Below, piece after piece: positions 24,023 through 33,287 of a stretch of DNA of 64,000 nt (position 1 is its first letter; each line of letters starts with the position of its first letter). Source of the stretch: Candidatus Nanoarchaeia archaeon (GTDB lineage: Archaea > Nanobdellota > Nanobdellia > Pacearchaeales > GW2011-AR1). The notes below the pieces were generated by a model. The model saw nothing but the letters and a program-made list of their open reading frames with translations. It made no database searches and was not told the DNA's origin. The stretch lies in contig JAQTST010000001.1 of NCBI GenBank assembly GCA_028711165.1, positions 78,708 through 142,707 of the forward strand. The letters run 5' to 3'. The translations under genes were made by a program, and so were the position numbers.

Positions 24023-27000
24023 ACACTCAAGAATATTTTATTTGGCTGGACAAAGAAGTTAAGAAAGTTTATGATGTTGCAAATGAAGCAAGAGCCAAGA
24101 ATTTAGATCCTGTGAACAAAGTTGAGATTCCTCTCGCGAGAAGTCTTGCTGAAAAAGTTGTCGGACTGATTTCTACAATTTATCCTCAGATGGAAGGTTC
24201 GGGAATTGCGCCGAGAATTCTTGAATTGGAAAAAGAATTTGGGAAACTTACAATGTCGGTTTCTTTCAGAATTGCTGAGGAAGTTGCCAAGCAAAAATAC
24301 TGCAAGTTTGCAAATTTGCTCGAAGCTATCGACGCTGGAATACGAATTGGTTTTTCATACACAACGCTTGGTGTTGTTTCAAGTCCTATCGAGGGATTTA
24401 CAGGATTGAAATTGGGGAAGACAAGAGATAACAAAGAATATTTCATTGCATCTTTTTCAGGGCCGATAAGAAGTGCGGGGACGACGGCGAGCTGTGTTGT
24501 CTTAATGTTAATTGATTATTTGAGAGAACTTTTTGGTTACGCGAAATATGACCCTTCTGAAGATGAAGTTAAAAGATATGTTACTGAAAATTATGATTAT
24601 CACGAATATGTTACAAATCTGCAGTATCTTCCAACTGTTGAGGAAGCTACTTTTTTAGCGAAGAATTTGCCGATTCAGATTGCAGGAGATCCTACGGAGA
24701 AACTTGAAGTTTCAAATTTTAAAAATCTTGACAGGGTTGATACAAATTTTATCAGGGGAGGCATGTGCCTAATTTTTTCTGAGGGGCTTTCTCAAAAAGC
24801 AAAGAAAGGTTTGAGGCTTTTGAAAGAAGTTAAGTCGAAGGGATTTCAATCAACTGGTTTTGATTTTCTCGACGAGTATGTTAAAATTCATGAGAAGAGA
24901 GATGTTGGGAAGACTGATGATTCTCCGACGTATATTCAGGATTTAGTTGCAGGCAGACCTGTTTTCGGGCATCCAGCGAGGTCAGGTGCTTTCAGATTCA
25001 GATACGGGCGAGGAAGAGTTTCAGGGTTCAGCGCGACTTCAATGCATCCAGCGACGATGGGAATTTCAGATTCATTTATTGCAATCGGAACTCAGCTGAA
25101 AATAGAAAAACCAACCAAAGGCTGCGTTGTTACAACCTGCGATGTTATCGACGGGCCGATTGTAAAATTATTCAGCGGGAGCGTGAGAAAAGTGAAAAGC
25201 AAAGACGAGGCAAAAAAATTGTATCCTGACGTCGAAGAAATAATTTACATGGGAGATGTTTTATTTCCATTCAGCGACGTTGCCAACAGAAATTCTGTTC
25301 TTATTCGTCCAGGCTATGTTGAAGAATGGTGGAAACTTGAACTCCGACAGAAAAATTCTGAAATGGAAAAAGGAATTGATTGTTTTAATGTTCCTTTTGA
25401 GGAAGCAGCTAAGATAAGTAAAAATTTTGGAATTCCTCTTCATCCGTCTTATATTTTTTACTGGAGCCAGATTTCTAAAGAAGAATTTATCGGACTTGTA
25501 AAGTGGATTAAAAATTCGAGAGTTGCAGAAAAAATAATTCTTCCTTACAATAAAACCGAGCAGGAAAAATTTAAACTAGGAAAAAGAGCCTTAGAACTTT
25601 TGGGAGTTGAACATGAAGTTACTATTGAAAATGTCGTGATTAATGAAACAAACAGCAAAGCATTACTTTCTAATCTTGGAATTGATTTTGAAATATTAAA
25701 ACAGGAAACGAATCTTTCTAATTTTGTCGACGAGGAAAAGTTTAATCCTGACAAAACTGTTTTAGAAATTGTAAACTCTGTTTCAAAATTTGTCATCAAA
25801 GACAAGGCAGGAGAATTCATCGGAACGAGAATGGGAAGGCCTGAAAAGGCAAAGTTAAGAAAACTTATTGGGAGTCCGAATATTCTTTTTCCTGTCGGAA
25901 AAGAAGGCGGGAGACTGAGAAGTCTGCAGGCAGCATGTGAAGGAGGAAATGTGAAAAATAGTTTTCCGATTTTTTATTGCGAAGAGTGCAAGAAAAATAC
26001 TATTTATTCTGTCTGCGAGAATTGCGGGAAGGAATGCAAAAAACTTTTTTATTGCAAAGATTGCGACCAATTATCTCTCAATGTCTGCAGAGAACACAAT
26101 ATTGTCCAAAATTATCATTTTTTTGATTTGGACGTAAAACATTATTTTGACAAAGCCGTCGAGAAACTTGGACTTTTGAAGCAAGATGTGCCTGTTTTAA
26201 TTAAAGGAGTCAGAGGAACCTCGTCGCAGAATCATGATTTGGAAAATATCTGCAAAGGAATTTTGAGAGCAAAATATAATCTGCAAGTCAATAAAGACGG
26301 GACGATAAGATTTGATGCAACAGAACTTCCGATTGTTTCTTTCAAACCGAAAGAAGTTTTTGTCAGCATCGATAAACTGAAGGAAATTGGTTACGACAGA
26401 GATATTTATGGAAAAGAGCTGACTGATGAAAATCAGATTCTTGAGCTTATGCCCCACGATGTTATTTTGCCCTGTTCTCCTGAAACTGCAGATGAAAAAG
26501 CAGATGACGTTTTTATCAGCGTCTGCAATTTTGTCGACGCGCTTTTGGAAAAATTTTACGGATTAAAATCAATTTACAATATTAAAAAAAGAGAAGACTT
26601 GGTCGGGCAGATTGGAGTTTGCATGGCACCGCACAATTGTGCAGGAGTTATCTGCAGGTTTATCGGATTCTCAAATACTCTCGGACTTTTGGCAAGCCCC
26701 TACATGCATGCAGCAATCCGACGAGACTGCGACGGTGATGAAGCAGCACTTATGCTTTTGGGTGATGTGCTTTTAAACTTTTCAAGAAAATTTTTGCCCG
26801 GACACCGAGGAGGAACTCAGGATGCCCCGCTTGTTTTGAATGCGAAAATTGATGCAGGAGAAGTTGATGATCAGATTCTTGATTTTGAATTAACAAACGA
26901 ATATCCTTTGGAACTTTATCAGTTTGCCGAACAGAAAAAACATTCCTCTGAAATGAAATTAATTCCTACTGTGAAAACTTTTTTGAAAGAAGGGAAAAAT

Positions 27001-27480
27001 CCTTTTGTCGGAATTGGTTTTACCCACGACACTTCTAATTTTAACGACGGAGTTATCTGCTCTTCTTACAAATCCCTCGAGACAATGCAGGACAAAGTTG
27101 ACCACCAGATGGCGCTTGTTGAAAAAATTCGGGCAGTTGACACTTCTGACACTGCTAAACTTATCATCGACAGACATTTTATCAAAGACTTAAAAGGTAA
27201 TTTAAGAAAATTTTCAATGCAGGGATTCAGGTGTGTCGCATGCAATGAAATCATGAGACGTCCTCCACTCACAGGTGTCTGCCAGAAATGCGGAGGGAAA
27301 ATAATTTTCACAATCAACGAGGGAGGAATCAAAAAATATTTAGAACCTGCTTTGAACCTCGCTAATAAATACAATCTGTCTAATTATATAAAACAAAATT
27401 TAGAAATCATCAAGGAAAATATTGACAGCGTCTTCGGCAAGGAACTTGAGAAACAAGAAGACTTGGCGAAGTGGTTTTAA
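24019..27480 (+). CDS. DNA polymerase II (PolD) large catalytic subunit DP2
   Basis: 1153 aa. Conserved ..RRDCDGDEAALML.. catalytic region and C-terminal zinc motifs (CVACN..CQKCGG). Overlaps the DP1 stop. Confidence 0.95.
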   Translation: MNTQEYFIWLDKEVKKVYDVANEARAKNLDPVNKVEIPLARSLAEKVVGLISTIYPQMEGSGIAPRILELEKEFGKLTMSVSFRIAEEVAKQKYCKFANLLEAIDAGIRIGFSYTTLGVVSSPIEGFTGLKLGKTRDNKEYFIASFSGPIRSAGTTASCVVLMLIDYLRELFGYAKYDPSEDEVKRYVTENYDYHEYVTNLQYLPTVEEATFLAKNLPIQIAGDPTEKLEVSNFKNLDRVDTNFIRGGMCLIFSEGLSQKAKKGLRLLKEVKSKGFQSTGFDFLDEYVKIHEKRDVGKTDDSPTYIQDLVAGRPVFGHPARSGAFRFRYGRGRVSGFSATSMHPATMGISDSFIAIGTQLKIEKPTKGCVVTTCDVIDGPIVKLFSGSVRKVKSKDEAKKLYPDVEEIIYMGDVLFPFSDVANRNSVLIRPGYVEEWWKLELRQKNSEMEKGIDCFNVPFEEAAKISKNFGIPLHPSYIFYWSQISKEEFIGLVKWIKNSRVAEKIILPYNKTEQEKFKLGKRALELLGVEHEVTIENVVINETNSKALLSNLGIDFEILKQETNLSNFVDEEKFNPDKTVLEIVNSVSKFVIKDKAGEFIGTRMGRPEKAKLRKLIGSPNILFPVGKEGGRLRSLQAACEGGNVKNSFPIFYCEECKKNTIYSVCENCGKECKKLFYCKDCDQLSLNVCREHNIVQNYHFFDLDVKHYFDKAVEKLGLLKQDVPVLIKGVRGTSSQNHDLENICKGILRAKYNLQVNKDGTIRFDATELPIVSFKPKEVFVSIDKLKEIGYDRDIYGKELTDENQILELMPHDVILPCSPETADEKADDVFISVCNFVDALLEKFYGLKSIYNIKKREDLVGQIGVCMAPHNCAGVICRFIGFSNTLGLLASPYMHAAIRRDCDGDEAALMLLGDVLLNFSRKFLPGHRGGTQDAPLVLNAKIDAGEVDDQILDFELTNEYPLELYQFAEQKKHSSEMKLIPTVKTFLKEGKNPFVGIGFTHDTSNFNDGVICSSYKSLETMQDKVDHQMALVEKIRAVDTSDTAKLIIDRHFIKDLKGNLRKFSMQGFRCVACNEIMRRPPLTGVCQKCGGKIIFTINEGGIKKYLEPALNLANKYNLSNYIKQNLEIIKENIDSVFGKELEKQEDLAKWF

Positions 27481-27514
27481 ATTGTAAAAATAAAATAAAA
27501 AAATAAAAAATTAT

Positions 27515-27928
27515 TTATCTCTTTTTCTTTGCTCTGCTTCTTGTTCGAGTTCTGTGGCGTGTTCTATGAACTGTCCTCTTTTTCTTCTTTCCACCAGCGA
27601 GACTTATTCCTGTCAGAGAAACCTTGAAATTCTTCGGTATCTGATGTGTAGCAAATCTTTTTGCTCTATCGGCAGTCTTATTGAGATTTCGAATATTCCT
27701 TCTTATCTCATCATTAAGTCTCTGAAGTTCTTTTCTGACTCTTGGAACAGAAGATGCAAGAGAAGCTTTAGAAATCTTTCCTGCTCTATATCTGCCTCTC
27801 TCTTTGTCAAAATCATTTAGGATAACCTGTTTTTGATTCTGCCGAGATTTGATTATCTCAGAGTAAGCATTGATTTCTTTAGCAATCTTTATGAAGCTTG
27901 CCTGATTCATCTCTTTTTCAGTTGCCAT
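27515..27928 (-). CDS. Highly basic hypothetical protein (C-terminal HRTRHRTRTRSRAKKKR tail)
   Basis: 137-aa ORF with ATG start. Function unknown. Confidence 0.4.
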   Translation of the reverse strand: MATEKEMNQASFIKIAKEINAYSEIIKSRQNQKQVILNDFDKERGRYRAGKISKASLASSVPRVRKELQRLNDEIRRNIRNLNKTADRAKRFATHQIPKNFKVSLTGISLAGGKKKKRTVHRTRHRTRTRSRAKKKR

Positions 27929-27977
27929 TTTTCACCTCCTTTATTTAATATGATAAAACAAGTAAATAAATCTTTTG

Positions 27978-29171
27978 CTAGAAAAATTTTGGAAAATAAT
28001 AAATCATCGTTGGTATCAACAAACATCCCATCATATGAGTTTTCTTTACAGCGAGGGAATTGCAGTAAATTCCGACTAATGTCGACGCTGTCAAGACTAA
28101 TAATCCTAAAAATCCTGAAAAAATAAAAACAATTATTGTCAGGAAAATTAGCGTTGCAATGGAGAGAACTGAATAATTTATTTTGCTGATTTTTTGGGCG
28201 AAAAATTTTGTGAGAATTTTTGTCAGAAAAAAAGAAATTATTCCGCTGAATAAAACTGCGATTAGAATCACTAATAAACATTTCCAGGATAATATTCCAA
28301 TTATTTCCTGAATCGCGGCGGCTGCTCCTGTTCGCGTTTTTGAAATTGCATACAAAGAAACAAAAGATAATCCCATTACTAAAATATTTGTCGCACCGAC
28401 GAGGACGAGAAATCCTTTTTTATCTGTCCGAGAAATTGTATTCCCTAAAACTACTGCCTGCCCGCCGCCCAGCCCCGGAAGAAAACCACACAAGGGCGAG
28501 GCAATCAGCGAGCCTAATAAAGGTTTAAACAATCTGCATTCTGGTTTTGTTATTTCCTGTTTAGGAATTTCAATTTTATTTTTTATGCTTGTGACGAGCA
28601 TCGAGCTTCCGAATAATCCTGTAAGAAGCGGAAGAAGCGGTTCTTTAACGTCGATGTTTAATGCACACAATCCGAAAATTCCTGAAATCACGAAGACAAA
28701 AAGAGCTGTGAATTTTTTGCTTTCAGTAAATAAAAGAAGCAACGAAGTTGCAAGCAATATCCAAAACATCACAGAATGAACGGAGTTATAAATTTCTGAA
28801 ACAATCAGCGATAATGGGAAAGAAATAATTATCAAAATAAAAACTGCGAAGATTCCTCCGACTGCAGTTAACATAACTGCTTCGTATCCTTTTCCTTCTT
28901 TCAGCAATTCATGTCCTGGGAGAACAGAAAGCTGTGTGTCTGTGTCAGGACAGCCAAGAAATATCGACGGAATGAAATCGACAAAAGTGTGCGCGATTGC
29001 CATCGATGATATGAAAATAATCAGATAAAGAGAATCTATTCCAGAAAAAATTGTAACAGATAAACTAACTAAAATTGCTCCGACGAGATTTATGTGAACT
29101 CCTGGAATTAAGCCTGTAACGGTTCCTGCTAAAACTCCGATGAAAATCGAAATTAAAATTTCAAACAACAT
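27978..29171 (-). CDS. TctA-family (DUF112) integral membrane protein
   Basis: MLFEILISIFIGVLAGTVTGLIPGVHINLV.. is the characteristic N-terminus. About 10-12 TM. Confidence 0.65.
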   Translation of the reverse strand: MLFEILISIFIGVLAGTVTGLIPGVHINLVGAILVSLSVTIFSGIDSLYLIIFISSMAIAHTFVDFIPSIFLGCPDTDTQLSVLPGHELLKEGKGYEAVMLTAVGGIFAVFILIIISFPLSLIVSEIYNSVHSVMFWILLATSLLLLFTESKKFTALFVFVISGIFGLCALNIDVKEPLLPLLTGLFGSSMLVTSIKNKIEIPKQEITKPECRLFKPLLGSLIASPLCGFLPGLGGGQAVVLGNTISRTDKKGFLVLVGATNILVMGLSFVSLYAISKTRTGAAAAIQEIIGILSWKCLLVILIAVLFSGIISFFLTKILTKFFAQKISKINYSVLSIATLIFLTIIVFIFSGFLGLLVLTASTLVGIYCNSLAVKKTHMMGCLLIPTMIYYFPKFF

Positions 29172-29239
29172 AAAATAAAACTTAAGAAATGGTTTTTTAA
29201 TTTAATTGCGATGGAAAGAAATTTAAATAAGAATTATTT

Positions 29240-29491
29240 ATGTGCTATATGAAAAGAGGGGTTCGGAAAAAAGATAAACTTAAATTAATTATTATCGTCG
29301 CTGGTATCGCTCTTTTGATTCTCATTTGTGCTGCTGCATATTTTTTAATTTTTAAACCAGGAGTTTCATATTTTGGATTTACTGTTCCTGATTTTTCTCA
29401 AGGAGCAAATCTCGGAGATGTCGTCGGAGGTTCTGTGAATTCGAATCCATGGGAGAATACTCAATTAAATCCTTTTGCAAATGAATCATGA
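29240..29491 (+). CDS. Small single-TM protein (hypothetical)
   Basis: Basic N-terminus plus one TM. Its stop overlaps the start of the next gene (ATGA). Confidence 0.4.
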   Translation: MCYMKRGVRKKDKLKLIIIVAGIALLILICAAAYFLIFKPGVSYFGFTVPDFSQGANLGDVVGGSVNSNPWENTQLNPFANES

Positions 29492-30789
29492 AAAAATTAA
29501 TTTTATTTTTTGCTGTGTTATTTTTGATAAGTTTTGTCTGCGCTGAAGTGCAGTATCCTATTGCTGAACTGGGAAATTGTGCTGATGAATCTGCATGTAA
29601 AATTTATTGTGATGATGTAAATAATATGGAAACTTGTCTGGATGTTGCTGAAGAAACTGGTTTAATGACTGACGCAGAAGTTGAAGAGGCTAGAATGTTT
29701 TTGCCATTTTTACTTTCTGGGGAAACTCCTGGCGGATGCGGAACTCCTGATGACTGTGATCTCTACTGTGATAATGAAGCAAATATTAATGAGTGTGTTG
29801 ATTTTGCTTTGAAGGCAGGAATTATCGACGCTGAAGAAGCAGAGATGGTTAAGAGGACAGGAGGAAAAGGACCTGGAGGATGTCAGGGAGCAGTAGAATG
29901 TGATAATTATTGCGAGGATGAATCTCATATTACCGAATGTGTTGACTTTGCACTTCAATATGGAATGATTTCTGCAGAGGAAGCAGAGATGGTTAAGAGG
30001 ACAGGAGGAAAAGGACCTGGTGGATGTCAAGGAAAAGAAGAGTGCGATTCTTTTTGTCAAGATAAAGCAAATTTTGAAACTTGTATAGATTTTTCAGTTC
30101 AAAATGGATTTATGTCGGCAGAGGAAGCAGAAATGGTTAAGAAAAGTGGCGGGGAAAGTCCTGGGGGATGTGGAAACAAAGAAGAGTGTGATGCCTTCTG
30201 CAGCAGCGAAGAAGGAAGAGAAGTTTGTCTTGAATTTTCTTATGAGCACGGAATGATTAGTGAAGAAGAATATAATAAAATTAAAGAAGGCGGCGGGCAG
30301 GGAATGTGGGCTGGACCTGGAGGATGCACAAGCGAGGAAGAATGTCAAGCATATTGTGAATCAGGAGAACATATGCAGGAATGTATGGATTTTTCATTAG
30401 CAAATGGATTTATGAGTCAAGAGGAATATGATCAACAAATGGCAGATTGGCAAAGGTATCAGGAAGAAGGCGCTCCTACTGGAGATGAAAATGCGCCTGG
30501 AGGAGAACCTGGAAGTTATGAACCTGGCGAAGAAAGTGGAGTCCCTGGAGGCGAAGGAATTCCTGGAGAAGCACCAGGAGGGGAAGCAGGAGATTATGAA
30601 GTCCCACCAACTGAAGCACCTACTGGTGAAGGCGGAGAAACACCCGAAGAAGTATATGTGCCTCCTGTTGAAGTTCCTGCTGGTGAAGTTGGTTCTGGCG
30701 GAGAAGCACCAGTTACAGGAGAAGTAATAGCCAGACAAAAACAAACTGGAAATGGGTTAATTAATTTTATAAAAAATCTTTTTAATTAA
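29488..30789 (+). CDS. Secreted protein with six tandem 4-Cys repeats and a Pro/Gly/Glu-rich tail
   Basis: Signal peptide, then a repeat unit GGCxxxxxCDxYCxxxxxxxECxDFAxxxGxISAEEAEMVKRTGGKGP x6 (24 Cys). Two units share ~50 nt of identical DNA (29836.. and 29977..). Confidence 0.6.
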   Translation: MKKLILFFAVLFLISFVCAEVQYPIAELGNCADESACKIYCDDVNNMETCLDVAEETGLMTDAEVEEARMFLPFLLSGETPGGCGTPDDCDLYCDNEANINECVDFALKAGIIDAEEAEMVKRTGGKGPGGCQGAVECDNYCEDESHITECVDFALQYGMISAEEAEMVKRTGGKGPGGCQGKEECDSFCQDKANFETCIDFSVQNGFMSAEEAEMVKKSGGESPGGCGNKEECDAFCSSEEGREVCLEFSYEHGMISEEEYNKIKEGGGQGMWAGPGGCTSEEECQAYCESGEHMQECMDFSLANGFMSQEEYDQQMADWQRYQEEGAPTGDENAPGGEPGSYEPGEESGVPGGEGIPGEAPGGEAGDYEVPPTEAPTGEGGETPEEVYVPPVEVPAGEVGSGGEAPVTGEVIARQKQTGNGLINFIKNLFN

Positions 30790-30825
30790 GAAAAGTTTTA
30801 ATAATCATTAACTTCTTTTATTTCT

Positions 30826-31959
30826 ATGAATGCTGAAGAAAAGTTTGAGCTTGTTAAGAGGAATACCGAGGAGATTTTAGGAGAAGAAGATTTGAAGAAA
30901 CTTCTAGAAAGTAAAGAAAAATTAAAACATTATATTGGTTTTGAAATTTCCGGAAAAATTCATCTTGGTAGTGGTTTAATGAGTATGTTAAAAGTAAAAG
31001 ATTTTATGGATGCAGGTATTGATTGCAGTGTATTCTTAGCTGATTGGCATACTTGGATAAATGATAAACTGGGTGGAAATCCTGAAATCATAAAAAAAAT
31101 TGCTGTTGGTTATTTTAAAGAAGGAATTATGGCTAGTTTGAAATGTGTTGGAGGGGATCCTAAAAAATTGAAATTTGTTCTTGGAAGTGATTTATACCAT
31201 AATAATGATACTTACTGGGAAACTGTTATTGATGTTAGCAAACATACTAGTTTATCTAGAATTCAAAGGAGCATAACCATTATGGGAAGAAAAGAAGAAG
31301 GGAATGTTGATTTTGCTAAGATGATATATCCTCCTATGCAAGTTGCAGATATTTTTATCCAGCAAATTAATATTGCTCACGCAGGATTGGACCAAAGAAA
31401 AGCTCAAGTTATTGCAATTGATGTTGCTCCAAAATTATCTTTCTGTCCTTTAATTAATAAAAAAGGAGAACAAATAAAACCAATTGCAATTCATCATAAA
31501 TTAATTCTTGGTTTAGGAAAACCTTCTGAATGGCCAATAAAAAAAGAAAATATTCAAGAAATTTGGAGTTCTTTAAAAATGTCTAAATCAAAACCAGATA
31601 CTTGTATTTTTATTCATGACTCTACAGAAGAGATTAAAAGAAAAATATCCAAAGCATTTTGTCCTGAAAAAGAAACTGAATTTAATCCTATTTTAGACTG
31701 GGCGAAAAGTTTTATTTTTCCTATAAAAGATAAGCTTCAATTAAAAAGAGATGAGAAATTTGGTGGAAATAAATTATATAATTCTTATCATGAATTAGAA
31801 AAAGATTTTGCAAATGGAAAATTGCATCCTATGGACTTAAAAAATGCTGTTGCTGATTCTTTGATTGAAATATTAGAACCTGCAAGGGAACATTTTTCTA
31901 AAGGTGCTCCAAAAAAGATGTTGGACGAATTAGATAAATTGTTAAAAGAATTTGCTTAA
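30826..31959 (+). CDS. tyrS: Tyrosyl-tRNA synthetase (archaeal type)
   Basis: ..ELVKRNTEEILGEEDLKKLL..HYIGFEISGKIHLGS.., KMSKS motif, ..FGGNKLYNSYHELEKDFANGKLHPMDLKNAVADSLIEILEP.. It closely parallels Methanocaldococcus jannaschii TyrRS, from memory. Confidence 0.9.
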   Translation: MNAEEKFELVKRNTEEILGEEDLKKLLESKEKLKHYIGFEISGKIHLGSGLMSMLKVKDFMDAGIDCSVFLADWHTWINDKLGGNPEIIKKIAVGYFKEGIMASLKCVGGDPKKLKFVLGSDLYHNNDTYWETVIDVSKHTSLSRIQRSITIMGRKEEGNVDFAKMIYPPMQVADIFIQQINIAHAGLDQRKAQVIAIDVAPKLSFCPLINKKGEQIKPIAIHHKLILGLGKPSEWPIKKENIQEIWSSLKMSKSKPDTCIFIHDSTEEIKRKISKAFCPEKETEFNPILDWAKSFIFPIKDKLQLKRDEKFGGNKLYNSYHELEKDFANGKLHPMDLKNAVADSLIEILEPAREHFSKGAPKKMLDELDKLLKEFA

Positions 31960-32008
31960 AAGTAGTAACATACAAAAGATTTATAAATTCTAAAATTTCA
32001 AAAATAAT

Positions 32009-32092
32009 ATGGAAAAACAACCACTAAAGAAGAAAATGGAAGATCCCTTAAGAAAGAACAAGAAAGAATCTCTTAGAGATCATTATGACTAA
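32009..32092 (+). CDS. 27-codon upstream ORF overlapping the radical-SAM start (candidate precursor or leader peptide; may be spurious)
   Basis: MEKQPLKKKMEDPLRKNKKESLRDHYD*. Its last codons TAT GAC TAA contain the ATG of the SPASM gene. Confidence 0.25.
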   Translation: MEKQPLKKKMEDPLRKNKKESLRDHYD

Positions 32093-33263
32093 AAATAAAA
32101 TAGAAAGAGTTTCTTTTGAAGTTACGGGGAAATGTAATCTTCATTGTTTTTATTGTTGTCGAGGATATTTGAATACTCCTGAAAAGATTTCTAATGAATT
32201 ATCTACAGGACAAATAATTGAAACTATTATCCAAGCGAGGAAAGAGGGTTGTGAAAGTTTTTTATTTACTGGCGGAGAAGCATTTGTAAAAGAAAATTTT
32301 GATAAAATTTTGAAAGAATGTGAAGGATGTTTTATTGAGATTTATTCTAATGGAACATTAATTACAGAACCTAAAAATCTTATTTTAATTAAAAAATATG
32401 TTTCTCGATTAACAGTTACTCTTGATGGTACTTCTTCCCATAATTTTTATAGAAAAAATAGCAATTATCTCAAAATATTAGATAATCTCAAAAAAGTAAA
32501 AGAAAAAACTTCTGATGTCAAAATTAAGATTAATACCTTGGTCCATGACAAATCTGTTAAAGAACTTCTCAAACTTTATAATTTATTAAAAGATTTAAAA
32601 ATTGATGAATGGCATATAGATTTTCCCCAACTCAGGGGAAGATTAGCAGAATTTAATGGAAAATTTTCTGCAGATTATATCGAAATTGGAAGACAATTAA
32701 AAAAAGTATTAAAAAAATACTATCGGGATGGTGAACCATTTTACTTAAAAATCTACAAAATTTTTAGCTCTAAAATTGACCAAAATAACTTTTTTGAAGT
32801 AGACTTAAAAGAAAATCCTTGTGCATATAAAACAGATTATTCTATGTTCGTTAACGCTGAGGGAAAATACATTTTATGTCCTTCAATCCCCTGTCAAGAT
32901 ATTACAATTGCAAATATTTCTAAAAATACTTTCAATGAAGCAATAAAAAAGAAAAAAAATTTAACATTTCAAAAAATGAAATTTAGTGATTTAAAAAAAT
33001 GTCTAAATTGTAGATATTTTGATCTATGCCTGGGTGGATGCAGAGGGGAAGCCAAAATATTAAGCAATTCCTTTTTAGAGCCGGATTTAAACGCCTGTTC
33101 TTTAATGAAAATTGCCGAAAAAATAATCTATCCTTCCCTACCTAAAAAAATTTCAAAAATTTATATAGAAAAAATAAAGAAAATGGGAAAATATCCAGAT
33201 AAACCTTTAAAAAATCTAGATGAAATGAAAAGTTCCATACAGAAAAGATACACTTTCTCTTGA
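32085..33263 (+). CDS. Radical SAM protein with C-terminal SPASM domain (peptide-maturase-like)
   Basis: CNLHCFYCC (CxxxCxxC) near the N-terminus. Canonical SPASM motif CLNCRYFDLCLGGC (Cx2Cx5Cx3C) plus upstream Cys residues. Confidence 0.8.
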   Translation: MTKNKIERVSFEVTGKCNLHCFYCCRGYLNTPEKISNELSTGQIIETIIQARKEGCESFLFTGGEAFVKENFDKILKECEGCFIEIYSNGTLITEPKNLILIKKYVSRLTVTLDGTSSHNFYRKNSNYLKILDNLKKVKEKTSDVKIKINTLVHDKSVKELLKLYNLLKDLKIDEWHIDFPQLRGRLAEFNGKFSADYIEIGRQLKKVLKKYYRDGEPFYLKIYKIFSSKIDQNNFFEVDLKENPCAYKTDYSMFVNAEGKYILCPSIPCQDITIANISKNTFNEAIKKKKNLTFQKMKFSDLKKCLNCRYFDLCLGGCRGEAKILSNSFLEPDLNACSLMKIAEKIIYPSLPKKISKIYIEKIKKMGKYPDKPLKNLDEMKSSIQKRYTFS

Positions 33264-33287
33264 AGATAACTTTTCTCCTTGGTAAAT

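Noticed and set aside
24103-27374. Multiple 60-100 aa ORFs antisense to or out of frame with PolD DP2
   Set aside because: They lie fully inside a 1153-aa gene with unmistakable PolD motifs.
27833-28281. ORFs 27833..28126 (+) and 27907..28281 (-) near the 3' end of the TctA-like gene
   Set aside because: They overlap the well-supported 397-aa membrane protein and the basic protein 27515..27928, and they have no features of their own.
29710-30744. Several antisense or alternative-frame ORFs inside the Cys-repeat gene (29710..30060, 30094..30348, 30397..30744, 30428..30727)
   Set aside because: They are shadow ORFs created by the repetitive, purine-rich coding sequence. The + strand frame with the signal peptide and regular Cys spacing is the coherent one.
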